Shown here piece after piece: positions 19,535 through 29,027 of a stretch of 64,000 bases of DNA. Source of the stretch: Chthoniobacteraceae bacterium. GTDB taxonomy: Bacteria > Verrucomicrobiota > Verrucomicrobiia > Chthoniobacterales > Chthoniobacteraceae. Location of the stretch: the NCBI GenBank assembly GCA_037190965.1, contig JBBCKI010000013.1:11998-75997 (forward strand), in the 5' to 3' direction. The notes under the pieces were generated by a model. It saw nothing but the letters and a program-made list of their open reading frames with translations. It was not told the DNA's origin and searched no databases. Each line of letters starts with the position of its first letter. The stretch's first letter is position 1. The position numbers and the translations under genes are program-made.

Positions 19535-20755
19535 ATGAGCAAACATCTTCTATTCTCTCCCTCGGCGGGGCTTGACTGGGAAATCTGGTCGCTCCACGGC
19601 GGCTCGCGCACGCCGACGCTGGAGGGGAAGACCACCGAGCCCGCCGATGCTGCCGCCGCCGCCAGCCGGGTGGTGATGGCGTTGCCCGTGAGCCAATGTC
19701 TGACGCTGCCGCTCTGGTTGACCAATGCGGAGCCCGGGTTGTACGAGCCGATGATTCTCTCCCAACTGGAGAAACGGGGGATGGCCCCGCGCAACGGAAC
19801 GCCGCCGATCTTCGACTACGGCGTCGTCGCCGTATCGGAGAATCGCACGCTGCTCCGCGTGACACTACTGCCTGGGAATTTCCCCGAGGCGCTCTGCTTT
19901 GCAAAGGCTCGCTGCTATGCCGGCTGGGCGGATTTTCTCCCGCTGCCGGAGAGCCAGATCGTATTGTGGCAGGAGCGGCAGAATCTCGTGCTGGCGGTGG
20001 CGCGGGGCGGCGAGGTGGTTTATACCCAGGTGCTCTCGCGATCGCTTCAAATCACCGCGGAGACGGCTCTTGAAGTTCGGGCGATCCGGCTTGCCCTGGA
20101 GGCGGAGCAGGTCGTTGAATCCATCACCGGAGTGACGGTCTGGGGAAGCTTCCCCGAAGGCGTTGACTGTCTGCAGCTTCTCAAACTTCCGGTGGATGAA
20201 GGGGAGCGCCCGGCTCCGTCCGCGGCGCGGGTGGCGACTGTCTCGACCCGCTCGCGAATGGTGCCTCTCCCGCTGCAAAAGACGCGCATCCTGCGCTTGC
20301 GGCGCGACCGGAACCTCCGGTTCGCGGGGATCGCCGCGCTTGGGTATGTCGCGCTCGTTTTGTTGATGGCGGTCTATCTTCGGTCCCTGCAGGCCAAAGC
20401 CTCCGCGTTGGTGGAGAGCGTCAAGCGCGACAAGCCCGCGGCCACCGAGTTGGAGCGCACGTCAGCGGCGTGGCGGGTCGTGGAGTCCGCCGTGGACCCG
20501 AACTATTACGCCATCGAACAATTTTACCTGTGCGCCGAGGCGCTTCCGCCCGTCGGGATCCGCTTCTCCTCCTTCGAGATCAAGGGGCGCGGCGTGCAGA
20601 TCAAGGGGATGGCGCGGAGTGTGGCGGAACTCTACAAATATGTGGATGTTCTGAAGCAGTCGCCCGTAATCTCCCGCAATAGCTGGAGGGTTGGGCAGCC
20701 GAGGGTGTTCCAGGACGACACGGTGGAGTTCAAGATCGAAGGGAACATGCAATAA
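19535..20755 (+). CDS. GspL-like inner-membrane platform protein
   Basis: Cytoplasmic N-domain, single TM near residue 270, periplasmic C-domain; operon position. Confidence 0.65.
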   Translation: MSKHLLFSPSAGLDWEIWSLHGGSRTPTLEGKTTEPADAAAAASRVVMALPVSQCLTLPLWLTNAEPGLYEPMILSQLEKRGMAPRNGTPPIFDYGVVAVSENRTLLRVTLLPGNFPEALCFAKARCYAGWADFLPLPESQIVLWQERQNLVLAVARGGEVVYTQVLSRSLQITAETALEVRAIRLALEAEQVVESITGVTVWGSFPEGVDCLQLLKLPVDEGERPAPSAARVATVSTRSRMVPLPLQKTRILRLRRDRNLRFAGIAALGYVALVLLMAVYLRSLQAKASALVESVKRDKPAATELERTSAAWRVVESAVDPNYYAIEQFYLCAEALPPVGIRFSSFEIKGRGVQIKGMARSVAELYKYVDVLKQSPVISRNSWRVGQPRVFQDDTVEFKIEGNMQ

Positions 20756-21312
20756 TGGCCAAGCTATCCAAAAAGGAGACACGCCTGCTGGTGATCTTTC
20801 TCTCCGTCATTTTCTTTGCGGGGAATGTGATCGCGCTTAAGACGTTTATGGGAGGGGTGACTCTCGCAAAAACGCAGATCCGCACGCTTACCGAGCAGAA
20901 GCAGGGGATTGACGCCCTTCTTGGTGATCGCGCTTATTGGGAGGAGCGCCAGAAGTGGATGGAGGATCACCAGCCGGTCATCGGGGACATGGGCGAAGCC
21001 CAAGGCGAGTTGATCGAGACCTTACAGAAGCTGGCGCGCGCCCGCGGAATCACGATTCTGGAGCAACGCATCATGGAGCCCAACCCCAAGCTGCAATACA
21101 AGAGGATTTCCGTCATGCTCAAGGTGATCGCGCCGATGAGCGACTTGGTCGACTGGCTGGCTGAGATCCAGTCGCCGGAAGCCTTTCACATTGTCGAGCA
21201 GTTGACGCTGGCGCTCGACCTCAAGAGCAAGGAGGAGGAACTGCCTGTGATTTGCACCCTTCAGGTGGGGCGTCTTTACCAATCCCACGGCGCAGGAGGA
21301 TTTGCCCGATGA
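20755..21312 (+). CDS. GspM/PilO-like protein
   Basis: LSKKE-RLL start followed by a TM and a coiled coil; operon position. Confidence 0.65.
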   Translation: MAKLSKKETRLLVIFLSVIFFAGNVIALKTFMGGVTLAKTQIRTLTEQKQGIDALLGDRAYWEERQKWMEDHQPVIGDMGEAQGELIETLQKLARARGITILEQRIMEPNPKLQYKRISVMLKVIAPMSDLVDWLAEIQSPEAFHIVEQLTLALDLKSKEEELPVICTLQVGRLYQSHGAGGFAR

Positions 21313-21872
21313 ACACCGCTTTGTCATCTTTCTCATTCACTCTTCTGATCGCGTCCGCCTCAATCCTCCCTGCGGTGGAGGCTGGCGGCGAGGCGATCTC
21401 CGCCCCGGCACCTGGGCCGGAGCGGTATCGCAATCTCTGGAGCAACTCGCCGTTCCTGCGGCCACTTAACGCGGCGGAAAGCTATGTTCTTACCGGCGTG
21501 GCCCGCTTCGACGGAAAGCCGATGGTGACGATGCTTAACACCGCCACCGGCGAGCGGATCACGCTCACGACCGAAAGCAATTCGCTGGGTTGGCGGCTGA
21601 TCGATCTGAACAACGACCCGAACCCCCGCAACATCATGGCGCGCGTCACCATCAATGGTGAGGAGGTGGCTATCCGTTTCAACGAACGGCAAATTAGCCC
21701 TGACGCCTTGCTCAAAGCCTCCGACGGCTCCGGGCGTACGTTGCCGTTTTCCACTCCGAGAGCGCCCGGAAGCATTCTCAAGGATCGGCTTCCGAAAACG
21801 AGCGAGATCAAGCCCAAGCCACGCGATCCCGAGAAGAACAAGCGCCAAAGAAGACCGCAAGCCTCCCAATAA
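21309..21872 (+). CDS. GspC-like exported protein
   Basis: Signal/TM segment, SPF motif followed by LTGV beta-rich domain; directly before the secretin. Confidence 0.5.
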   Translation: MNTALSSFSFTLLIASASILPAVEAGGEAISAPAPGPERYRNLWSNSPFLRPLNAAESYVLTGVARFDGKPMVTMLNTATGERITLTTESNSLGWRLIDLNNDPNPRNIMARVTINGEEVAIRFNERQISPDALLKASDGSGRTLPFSTPRAPGSILKDRLPKTSEIKPKPRDPEKNKRQRRPQASQ

Positions 21873-24184
21873 TGAAATCAACGAAGTTTGTCCTCCCATT
21901 TCTCTTCGCGCTTGTCAGCGCCCCGGTGCATGGAGCGCCGGATGTTTCCGGATCGCGGCCTGCCCTGGGCGGTTCCGTGGAGCCCCTGCCCGGCGATGCC
22001 AGCAAGGTAACGATCCAGTTTCCCAACACGCCCGTCTCCGATATTCTCGACATCTATGAACGGCTGATCGGCAAGCCGCTGGTGCGCGATTCCCAGATCT
22101 ACCGGGGGCCGAGCATTACCCTCATGCCGCCGGAACCCGTGGGAAAGGAGGAGGCGTGCCGGTTGATCGAATCGGTCCTGTTGCTCAACGGCTATCTGCT
22201 TCTGCCCGGGCCGGAGGGAAGCCTCAAGGTGGTGCTCAATGACCCCAAGGTGAAACAGAACCCGTTGCGCGACGGGATCACGATTTATACCGACGCGACC
22301 CAACTCCCCGGGGGCGACGCCATCGCGGCGTTTTTTCTGCCGCTGGAGTTCCTGACTCCCGACGACGCCAAGGCGCTCTTCGAAACGCATGTCCAGCTCA
22401 ACTCCTACGGGAAGGTTACCCCGATCTATGCGCCGCCCGCGTTGCTGATTACTGAGAATGTCTCGCTCATCAAACAGATCGTCGCGCTCAAACCGCTGGT
22501 GGACGTCGATCCTGCCTTGAGCCAGGCCCCCGTGAAGACGGAACTGGTGGAGATCAAGTACGCCGACGCGGTGGCGGTAGCGGAGATGATCCAGGCGCTG
22601 GTCGATAATCGCGCGCCGGGCGCACCCGGGCAGCCGCAACGCCCGGGACAGAGGCCGCAGGCGCACAGGCCACAGCAGGGGCAAGGGCAGGGGAGGCCGA
22701 GGCAGGTGCTCAACCAAAGTCAGCTTCTGAGCATCAACGCGCAGTTGATTCCTGACGCACGCTTGAATCGCATCCTCGTCGTCACCGAGCCCGCCAACTT
22801 TGCCTATATCAACGCGTTGATTAGCGAACTGGATCAACCCCTGGAGTTGAAAGCGCCGCTGGAGCGCCGGTTGAAGTATGTCTCCGCGGAGGACATTCTT
22901 CCCGTGCTAGTCAATATCCTTTCCGATAACGGCGAGGCACCGCCTGCCGGTCAGGCGGCACGGCCCGGCAACCCGCTGGGGAGCCGTTTGGGCGCGGGTT
23001 CGATGGGGCGTTCCCGTTCCAGCAATGGGCGTGGCGGCAGTTTCACCAACGCGGGCGGGGTCGATTCGTTGCCGGATCAACTGACCGAGCCGGTGGACGA
23101 CAACGCACCCCTCTCCGTGCAAATCGGCAAGACCCGTCTCATCGCGGACCGGCAGGCCAATTCGATTTTCGTGGTCGGGCCGCCCGAGAGCTATGACAAG
23201 GTGGCGACCATCATCGATCGGCTCGACCGCAAGCCGCCGCAGGTTTATCTGGCGACGATCATCGGGCAACTGACGCTTGATGAGAGCTCGCAGTTGGGCG
23301 TTGATTATCTGGTTCACTTCAACAAAAAACAGTTCTCTGGCGGTCTGCTTTCGGCGGGCGGGATGGCGAAATCGGTGAACGATATTCGCGACGGCATCGC
23401 CAGCGCCGTGACTCCGGCGGCCGGTGGGCTGACGGTTTTCGGCGCGGTGACCAACAACCTCGACGTGCTGGTGCGCGCGTTGGAGAGCACGAACCGGTTC
23501 AAGGTTCTCTCCCGCCCCACGGTTTACGCCGCCAATAACAAAAAGGCGGTGATCACCTCGGGTCAGCAGATCCCCGTGCCGACGAACATCCTACAAAGCC
23601 TCGATTCGAATAGCAGCCGCTTCCAGACCAACATCGATTACCGCGACGTGGTGCTGAAGCTGGAGGTTGTCCCGCTCATCAACAGCAGGAAGGAAGTGAC
23701 GCTCAAGATCGCGCAGGTCAACGACACGGTGGTCGGCGAGCAAACCGTGAGCAGCAACACTGTGCCGATCATCGGAACGGAACGGCTGAATACAACCGTG
23801 ACAATTCCCAATGCGAACACGGTCGTTCTTGGCGGGTTGATTACCGAGCAGCTTGAAAAGAAGGCGACCGGTGTGCCGTTGCTCAAGGAGATTCCCGTAT
23901 TGGGCAACGCATTCAAGAGCCGGTCGCAGAGCAAGGTGCGTCGGGAGTTGATCATCTTCATCCAGCCGATCGTGGTGGATGATGAAGAGTCCGCATTGCT
24001 GGCTAGCGAGAAGGAGGATGCGCGTACGGTGATCGGTCTCGACGCGTCGAATGTTTTCCCTTCCGCCGACGCGATCAATCTAATACCGCGGCCGGTCACT
24101 CTCGAAGTTGAGGAGCCTGCCAAGCCGGTTCAGTCCCTTAAGCCTGTCCCGTCTGTTACGCCCGCCAAGCGCTACCACAAATAG
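21872..24184 (+). CDS. gspD: Type II secretion secretin GspD
   Basis: N-domain repeats; VLGGLI and GVPLLKEIPVLGNAF...ELIIFIQP secretin motifs. Confidence 0.95.
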   Translation: MKSTKFVLPFLFALVSAPVHGAPDVSGSRPALGGSVEPLPGDASKVTIQFPNTPVSDILDIYERLIGKPLVRDSQIYRGPSITLMPPEPVGKEEACRLIESVLLLNGYLLLPGPEGSLKVVLNDPKVKQNPLRDGITIYTDATQLPGGDAIAAFFLPLEFLTPDDAKALFETHVQLNSYGKVTPIYAPPALLITENVSLIKQIVALKPLVDVDPALSQAPVKTELVEIKYADAVAVAEMIQALVDNRAPGAPGQPQRPGQRPQAHRPQQGQGQGRPRQVLNQSQLLSINAQLIPDARLNRILVVTEPANFAYINALISELDQPLELKAPLERRLKYVSAEDILPVLVNILSDNGEAPPAGQAARPGNPLGSRLGAGSMGRSRSSNGRGGSFTNAGGVDSLPDQLTEPVDDNAPLSVQIGKTRLIADRQANSIFVVGPPESYDKVATIIDRLDRKPPQVYLATIIGQLTLDESSQLGVDYLVHFNKKQFSGGLLSAGGMAKSVNDIRDGIASAVTPAAGGLTVFGAVTNNLDVLVRALESTNRFKVLSRPTVYAANNKKAVITSGQQIPVPTNILQSLDSNSSRFQTNIDYRDVVLKLEVVPLINSRKEVTLKIAQVNDTVVGEQTVSSNTVPIIGTERLNTTVTIPNANTVVLGGLITEQLEKKATGVPLLKEIPVLGNAFKSRSQSKVRRELIIFIQPIVVDDEESALLASEKEDARTVIGLDASNVFPSADAINLIPRPVTLEVEEPAKPVQSLKPVPSVTPAKRYHK

Positions 24185-24197
24185 CGGGGCGACTGCC

Positions 24198-24995
24198 ATG
24201 GGAATGCTGCGCAAGGTAGCCTTGGGTCTCGCTTTTCTGCTGTTGGCAGGGGGTATTCCCGTGGCGGCGGCGGAGCGCGTGGAGATTCCCTTCGAATGGG
24301 AAAACGGACTGATTTGGGTGAAGGTCTCGGCGAAGGGGAAGCGGTTGAACTTCGTCGTCGATTCGGGCGCGGGCGCGACGGTTTTGCATTTCGATACCGT
24401 GCAACGGCTTCGGTTGAAAGTGGGCGATCCGTGCCCGCTTTACGGCGCGGGGGTCAATGGTGTGGCCTATCGGATCAGCGATTTCGAAGGAAGCCTTCAT
24501 GGCATTCCGCTTGAGCGGGAGGTCTTTGCCGTGCCGCTGCGGCGTTTGAAGGGCCGCGGGTGGAAGTTTCGGAAGATGGACGGCTTGATCGGGCAGGATT
24601 TTTTCCGGAACCGGATCATCGAGATCGACTATAAAAATCGGCGGCTCGTCATTCTGGAAAAAGCGGGGAATCGGCGAGGGGTCAGGCTGCCGCTCCGCTA
24701 CGAGAAGGATGCGATGTGTGTCCCCGTAAAGGTGAATGGCTCCGAGCCGCGATGGACACGGCTCGATACCGGTTGCGTTTCGGCGCTGGAATGGGTGGAG
24801 GGGAGAGAGGCGAAGAGGACCGAAGTGGAGGCCGAGGTGCATCTCGGCGCGAATCGCTGTTCCGGGGTGCAAGTGGGGCTGCATGGCAAGCCGCTCTTTC
24901 CCGGCGAGGCGGGGCTGTTGGGGAATGGATTGCTCTCGATTTACCGGGTCACCATCGACGCGCGGGCAATGCAGGTTTGGCTGGAGAAGCCGTGA
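24198..24995 (+). CDS. Exported retropepsin-like aspartyl protease (two catalytic lobes)
   Basis: Signal peptide; VVDSGA...DGLIG and LDTGC...GLLG motifs. Confidence 0.85.
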   Translation: MGMLRKVALGLAFLLLAGGIPVAAAERVEIPFEWENGLIWVKVSAKGKRLNFVVDSGAGATVLHFDTVQRLRLKVGDPCPLYGAGVNGVAYRISDFEGSLHGIPLEREVFAVPLRRLKGRGWKFRKMDGLIGQDFFRNRIIEIDYKNRRLVILEKAGNRRGVRLPLRYEKDAMCVPVKVNGSEPRWTRLDTGCVSALEWVEGREAKRTEVEAEVHLGANRCSGVQVGLHGKPLFPGEAGLLGNGLLSIYRVTIDARAMQVWLEKP

Positions 24996-25067
24996 TAAGG
25001 CCGTGGCCGGGCTGCATTCCGAAAACGGGGTGTGGCATTCAGGATGAATCAACACGGGGGATGGATC

Positions 25068-25418
25068 ATGCTCAGCAATTTTCGAAAACACGCCCTGGCG
25101 GCAGCCATGCTGACCGGTCTGGCGTTTTGGCTGGTCGTCTCGGCTCCGCAAACGGTGGCGCAGGGCGTTTCCGCCATCAAACTGGGGTGGACCTACGACA
25201 TCGGTCTTCCCGAGAGCCTGCAAGATCAGGAAACCCCCACGCTCGGGCTGGCCGCAGGGGTGAATACCTACCGGGTCGTCGGCTACGGCGGGGATACCTG
25301 GTATCGGTTGCAGCGGGTGTACAGGCATCCCAAAGGAGGCTGGTATTCGCCGCAGGGAGCCAAGCAGGTTTGGGTGAATATAGCGTACGCTTACATGATC
25401 AACGAGGTGCTTCGTTAG
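25068..25418 (+). CDS. Hypothetical exported protein
   Basis: Signal-peptide-like N-terminus; co-oriented with the T2SS cluster; start uncertain (25044 or 25068). Confidence 0.6.
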   Translation: MLSNFRKHALAAAMLTGLAFWLVVSAPQTVAQGVSAIKLGWTYDIGLPESLQDQETPTLGLAAGVNTYRVVGYGGDTWYRLQRVYRHPKGGWYSPQGAKQVWVNIAYAYMINEVLR

Positions 25419-25468
25419 TTTAAACCCGAACTCCGAAACTGATCGCGGCGGGTTGGTGCGGTAGCACC

Positions 25469-25614
25469 GGTAGACCGCTCGCGCCGTCGAGCGCGGATAT
25501 CGACCTCTTGGCTTCATAAGAGGACCATCGCAAGACCAGCAGCCCGTCCTGCGGGGATGGCGTCAAACGCGACTCTTTACCCATCCCGCGCTCGCGGCGC
25601 GAGTGCGGGCTACC
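25469..25614. repeat. GTAG-family REPIN copy 4 (reverse orientation)
   Basis: Reverse-complement match to copies 3, 5 and 7, including the GTGCGGTAGCACC flank. Confidence 0.9.
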
Positions 25615-25621
25615 TTGCTCA

Positions 25622-26905
25622 TCAACAGCGGCGCTCTTCCAATAAGGCGCAGAGTTCGGCGAAGGCCGTGGAGAGCGGATCGTGATCCCGGCTGTCGCCC
25701 CTTGGCGTCTCCTGTTCAAGACGGCGTTGGAAGACTGCTTTCGGATTGGAAAGAAGCGCGTCGGCTTCCTCGTCGGCGGAGTCGTCATCGAGCCCCAATG
25801 GCGCGATAGGGGTGGTGCGTTCCGCCAGCACCCGGATGACCTGGAAGGGCCGGTTTGCGGTGGCTTCCCTTACCGCTTCGCAGAGATCCTCGCTCCCATT
25901 GGCCTCTGTTATGGTGATCTCCACCCATGGCATAAGATCGCCCGCAGGCGGTTCGAATTGCCGTAGACGCGTCTTCAACTCCGCATGCGGAATTTTGAGT
26001 CTCACGAAGGGGCGCGGCTGGGGGACCGGCAGCGATTGATTGGCGACGAGTCGGTTGCCTGAAAAATCGAGCAGGCGCACTTCCTTGCGGTCCGCCGCTT
26101 CGCTGAAGCTCAGCATGAGGGGTGAGCCGCTATAGCGAACGGTCTCCCGGTTGCCGACGGTCTGGGGACGGTGCAGGTGGCCGAGCGCGACGTAAGCAAA
26201 AGCCGTGGGGAACGCTTCTGCGCCGACGGAACCGAGGCCTCCGACGTGGATTTCCCGTTCGCTTTCGGAGACCGCGCTCCCTAATGCGGTGAGATGGCCG
26301 GTGGCAATGACGGGTATCGCGCGCTCCAGCCACGGTTTGGCGGCCTCGGCGGCTTCCGCGTAGCGTTTGGTAAGCCCCTCCTGAAGCTCCCGCCGGATGA
26401 CGTCGGCGCTTTGGCCGAATTCCCCGGTGCGGAGGTCGCGCTCGCGCAGAAACGGCAGCGCGGCGACGACGAGGCGCGGAGCTTCGGGCGAGGGGAGCGG
26501 GATGAGGATGGCGGAGGCGTCAAGGGCGCCGTCTTCGCTCTTGGGGAGCGTGGCGGAAACGTGAACGTTGATGACGCGTAGGAGATCGCGCGCCGCGTCG
26601 AGGTGGGCGGGGGAATCGTGATTGCCCGCCGTGATGACGACCTGGCAGCCGCACTTCGCGTGCAGCGAGGCCAGGAAGTCGAAATACATCCGGACCGCCG
26701 ACTGGGGAGGGGTGGCGGAATCGAAGACGTCGCCCGCGATGACGAGGGCGTCGGCTTGAACCGCCACAAGAGTGGCCTCCAGCCAGTCGAGAAAGCGTTG
26801 GTGCTCTTCGGTGCGGTCGAGGCTGCCGAGCATTTTGCCGAGGTGCCAATCCGCGCTATGGATGACGCGGTAGACCCCCTCCGGTTTCGGCAGGTCGGTT
26901 TGCAT
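25622..26905 (-). CDS. sbcD: Exonuclease SbcCD subunit D
   Basis: HSADWHLG, GDVFD, GNHDS and ALGHLH metallophosphoesterase motifs; YSGSP. Confidence 0.93.
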   Translation of the reverse strand: MQTDLPKPEGVYRVIHSADWHLGKMLGSLDRTEEHQRFLDWLEATLVAVQADALVIAGDVFDSATPPQSAVRMYFDFLASLHAKCGCQVVITAGNHDSPAHLDAARDLLRVINVHVSATLPKSEDGALDASAILIPLPSPEAPRLVVAALPFLRERDLRTGEFGQSADVIRRELQEGLTKRYAEAAEAAKPWLERAIPVIATGHLTALGSAVSESEREIHVGGLGSVGAEAFPTAFAYVALGHLHRPQTVGNRETVRYSGSPLMLSFSEAADRKEVRLLDFSGNRLVANQSLPVPQPRPFVRLKIPHAELKTRLRQFEPPAGDLMPWVEITITEANGSEDLCEAVREATANRPFQVIRVLAERTTPIAPLGLDDDSADEEADALLSNPKAVFQRRLEQETPRGDSRDHDPLSTAFAELCALLEERRC

Positions 26906-26936
26906 GGCTAGTATTTAACTAGTCTACTGCTGCGGG

Positions 26937-27734
26937 TTATTCTTCTTCGTTGCCATCGCCTTTCATGGCGTTGCTCAGGATTTCCACCTGATCGCGGGGG
27001 ATGGCCAGTGAAGCGTCGCCGGGGTTGATGACGGCTCCTGCGCAGTTCTCAAGGTTGAGAACGTATTCCCACGCTTCCGAGGAGTCGATCGCGATGGCGG
27101 AGGTCGTTTCTTCGGCCCAGTTCTTGAGAGCGCCGACGTCGGTGAAGAGCGGCAGGAACTCTACGCCATCATCGTCGGTGCAGACGATGAGTTGCAGGCT
27201 CTCGTCGTCTTCCTCCTCGGAGGGTTCTCCCGAAACCGGAAGCAGGAAGACGGCATCGAAGAGTTGCGCGGTCAGCGCTTCCTGGGCCTCGGCGGAGTCG
27301 TCCTCTTGCAGGGCCTCCATGGCGGCGACCAGTTCGGGGTTTTCGATGGCTCCTCCGCCATCTTCCTCAACGGAGTCGTCGTCACCGCTATCGACGGGGT
27401 TCACATCCATTCCGTCATATGAGTCGAGCCCGTATTCTGCGGCGAAGGCTTCCAGTTCCTGATTGCGGGCGTGCAGCGATTCCGGGGTGTGGGCTTCCAC
27501 GCGCTCCACCTGGAGGACATGCATGTCCTCATCTCCCTCTTCTTCGTCGTTTTCGAAGACACCGACGATTTCGTACCCGCGTTCGGCGAGCGCGCCGCCG
27601 GCGGCCATCAGTTTATCGGGGTCGGGAGAGAGGAAAAAATACCCCCAGAGCATTTCGCCATCGACGTCCCAGGTGGTTTCGGCGCGAAGATCCGAGAAGA
27701 GTGTTTGAAGTTGTTGCAGCGTGATCGTTTCCAT
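26937..27734 (-). CDS. Acidic RraB-like / SseB-like two-domain protein
   Basis: N-half WGYFF...YDGMDV (RraB-like); C-half FLLPV...LPLFTD...VINPG (SseB-like); ATG at 27734. Confidence 0.7.
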   Translation of the reverse strand: METITLQQLQTLFSDLRAETTWDVDGEMLWGYFFLSPDPDKLMAAGGALAERGYEIVGVFENDEEEGDEDMHVLQVERVEAHTPESLHARNQELEAFAAEYGLDSYDGMDVNPVDSGDDDSVEEDGGGAIENPELVAAMEALQEDDSAEAQEALTAQLFDAVFLLPVSGEPSEEEDDESLQLIVCTDDDGVEFLPLFTDVGALKNWAEETTSAIAIDSSEAWEYVLNLENCAGAVINPGDASLAIPRDQVEILSNAMKGDGNEEE

Positions 27735-27843
27735 TTTCTTGGGCTGAAAGCCTCGCAGCCCGAGCGGGGAATGACAATCCGCAAAGAGCGAATCTGTTTG
27801 ATCTACCACCAAGGGTGGGTGTATGCCACCCGGGACACTTTTT

Positions 27844-28092
27844 ATGCCCGGCGCACGCGATCCCAACAAAGCTCTTGCCTCCTTCTGGATGCACAAGGAC
27901 ATCTATACGGCGTTGGGAATTGTCGCCAAGGTCAGCGACAGCACGATGACGCGCTGCATTCTTGAAGCGCTGGCGGAGAAAATGGGCTTCTCGCTCGACG
28001 AAGCGGGAAACCCGGTGGGGCTCGATCTCGATACGCTCGCGAGACAAGCTTTCGAAAAGCGAAAACGACCTTCCAAAAAGCGGGTCAAGTAA
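27844..28092 (+). CDS. Small hypothetical protein, possibly a ribbon-helix-helix DNA binder
   Basis: 82 aa; strand-helix-helix-like pattern (ASFWMHKDIYTAL...TMTRCILEAL) with a basic tail. Confidence 0.5.
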   Translation: MPGARDPNKALASFWMHKDIYTALGIVAKVSDSTMTRCILEALAEKMGFSLDEAGNPVGLDLDTLARQAFEKRKRPSKKRVK

Positions 28093-28243
28093 GGGGTCAG
28101 CCAAGTTTAAGTGCTTGGTATTGTCCGGTTTATAAGTTAAACTTAGCGGTCCTTCGGGACGCTGGAGCGGTCTCCGGTGTCGGCTCGTCTTCCATGTCCT
28201 GTCTGCTGAGCCTCCCGATGAAATTACTCTACCCGAATGACAG

Positions 28244-28594
28244 GTGAACCCTACTGCTTATAAGAATCCCGGTATCATGACCCAGGAACTCTTCGAGATC
28301 CTCCGGCCACGCATCAATGCACGGGTGTTGGAGATTATTCATAAACACTTGAGCGACGAGCAGATCGGCTTGTTGCTGGTCAAACTTATCAATCCCTACG
28401 CGGTGCTTTCGCAACAGGAAGAGGCGAAGCTACGCGGTGTCGATCGGAAGACGTTGCGGGGCATGAAGGCGCGGGGTGAGCTCCCTGAGCAGCGGGGGGC
28501 CGTCAATGCTCAGGATGCCCCAAGTTTCCCCAATCGGGGACGGGGTTTCCCCAATGCGCCTCAAAGAGAAACACGGGGGGCAAAGCGGGTGTAA
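28244..28594 (+). CDS. Small hypothetical protein with excisionase-like HTH
   Basis: LSQQEEAKLRGVDRKTLRGMKARGELP resembles a MerR/Xis-type HTH; start may be ATG 28277. Confidence 0.5.
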   Translation: MNPTAYKNPGIMTQELFEILRPRINARVLEIIHKHLSDEQIGLLLVKLINPYAVLSQQEEAKLRGVDRKTLRGMKARGELPEQRGAVNAQDAPSFPNRGRGFPNAPQRETRGAKRV

Positions 28595-28791
28595 ACTCCT
28601 AGTCGTTGCTCGGGAAGGAACCTGAGCCGTTTGATAAATTCACATCCCAACACGGAAGTAAATCGATGAAAGAAGAAGCGCCCCCAACGGCGCGTTCAGC
28701 GCCGGGGCACGGTATTGGCTCCCGGGCGCGGGAGCGTTGTGCCCTTTCGGCTTCACGGCAGAGACGGTCGTTCGATGAGATCGGCGGTCCA

Positions 28792-29016
28792 ATGAACGAT
28801 GACGGGAAACGACTTTTGGCGATCGCCAAAGAAAATCCTTGGTGGACCTTCACCATTGAAGAGCTCTCTGCAATCACCGGTTATTCGCGTGATGTCGTTT
28901 CGGCAGCCAAGGAACATGGGGCGCGTTTTCCTTTTGGAAAATCGCGACCCGAGTGGCTGATGGAATGGATGTCGGCGCACCCTCGTGCGTCGCTTAAAAA
29001 TCCGGAAGGCGTGTGA
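28792..29016 (+). CDS. Small hypothetical protein, HTH-like
   Basis: FTIEELSAITGYSRDVV resembles an HTH; ATG at 28792. Confidence 0.45.
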   Translation: MNDDGKRLLAIAKENPWWTFTIEELSAITGYSRDVVSAAKEHGARFPFGKSRPEWLMEWMSAHPRASLKNPEGV

Positions 29017-29027
29017 TCGTTGTCATG

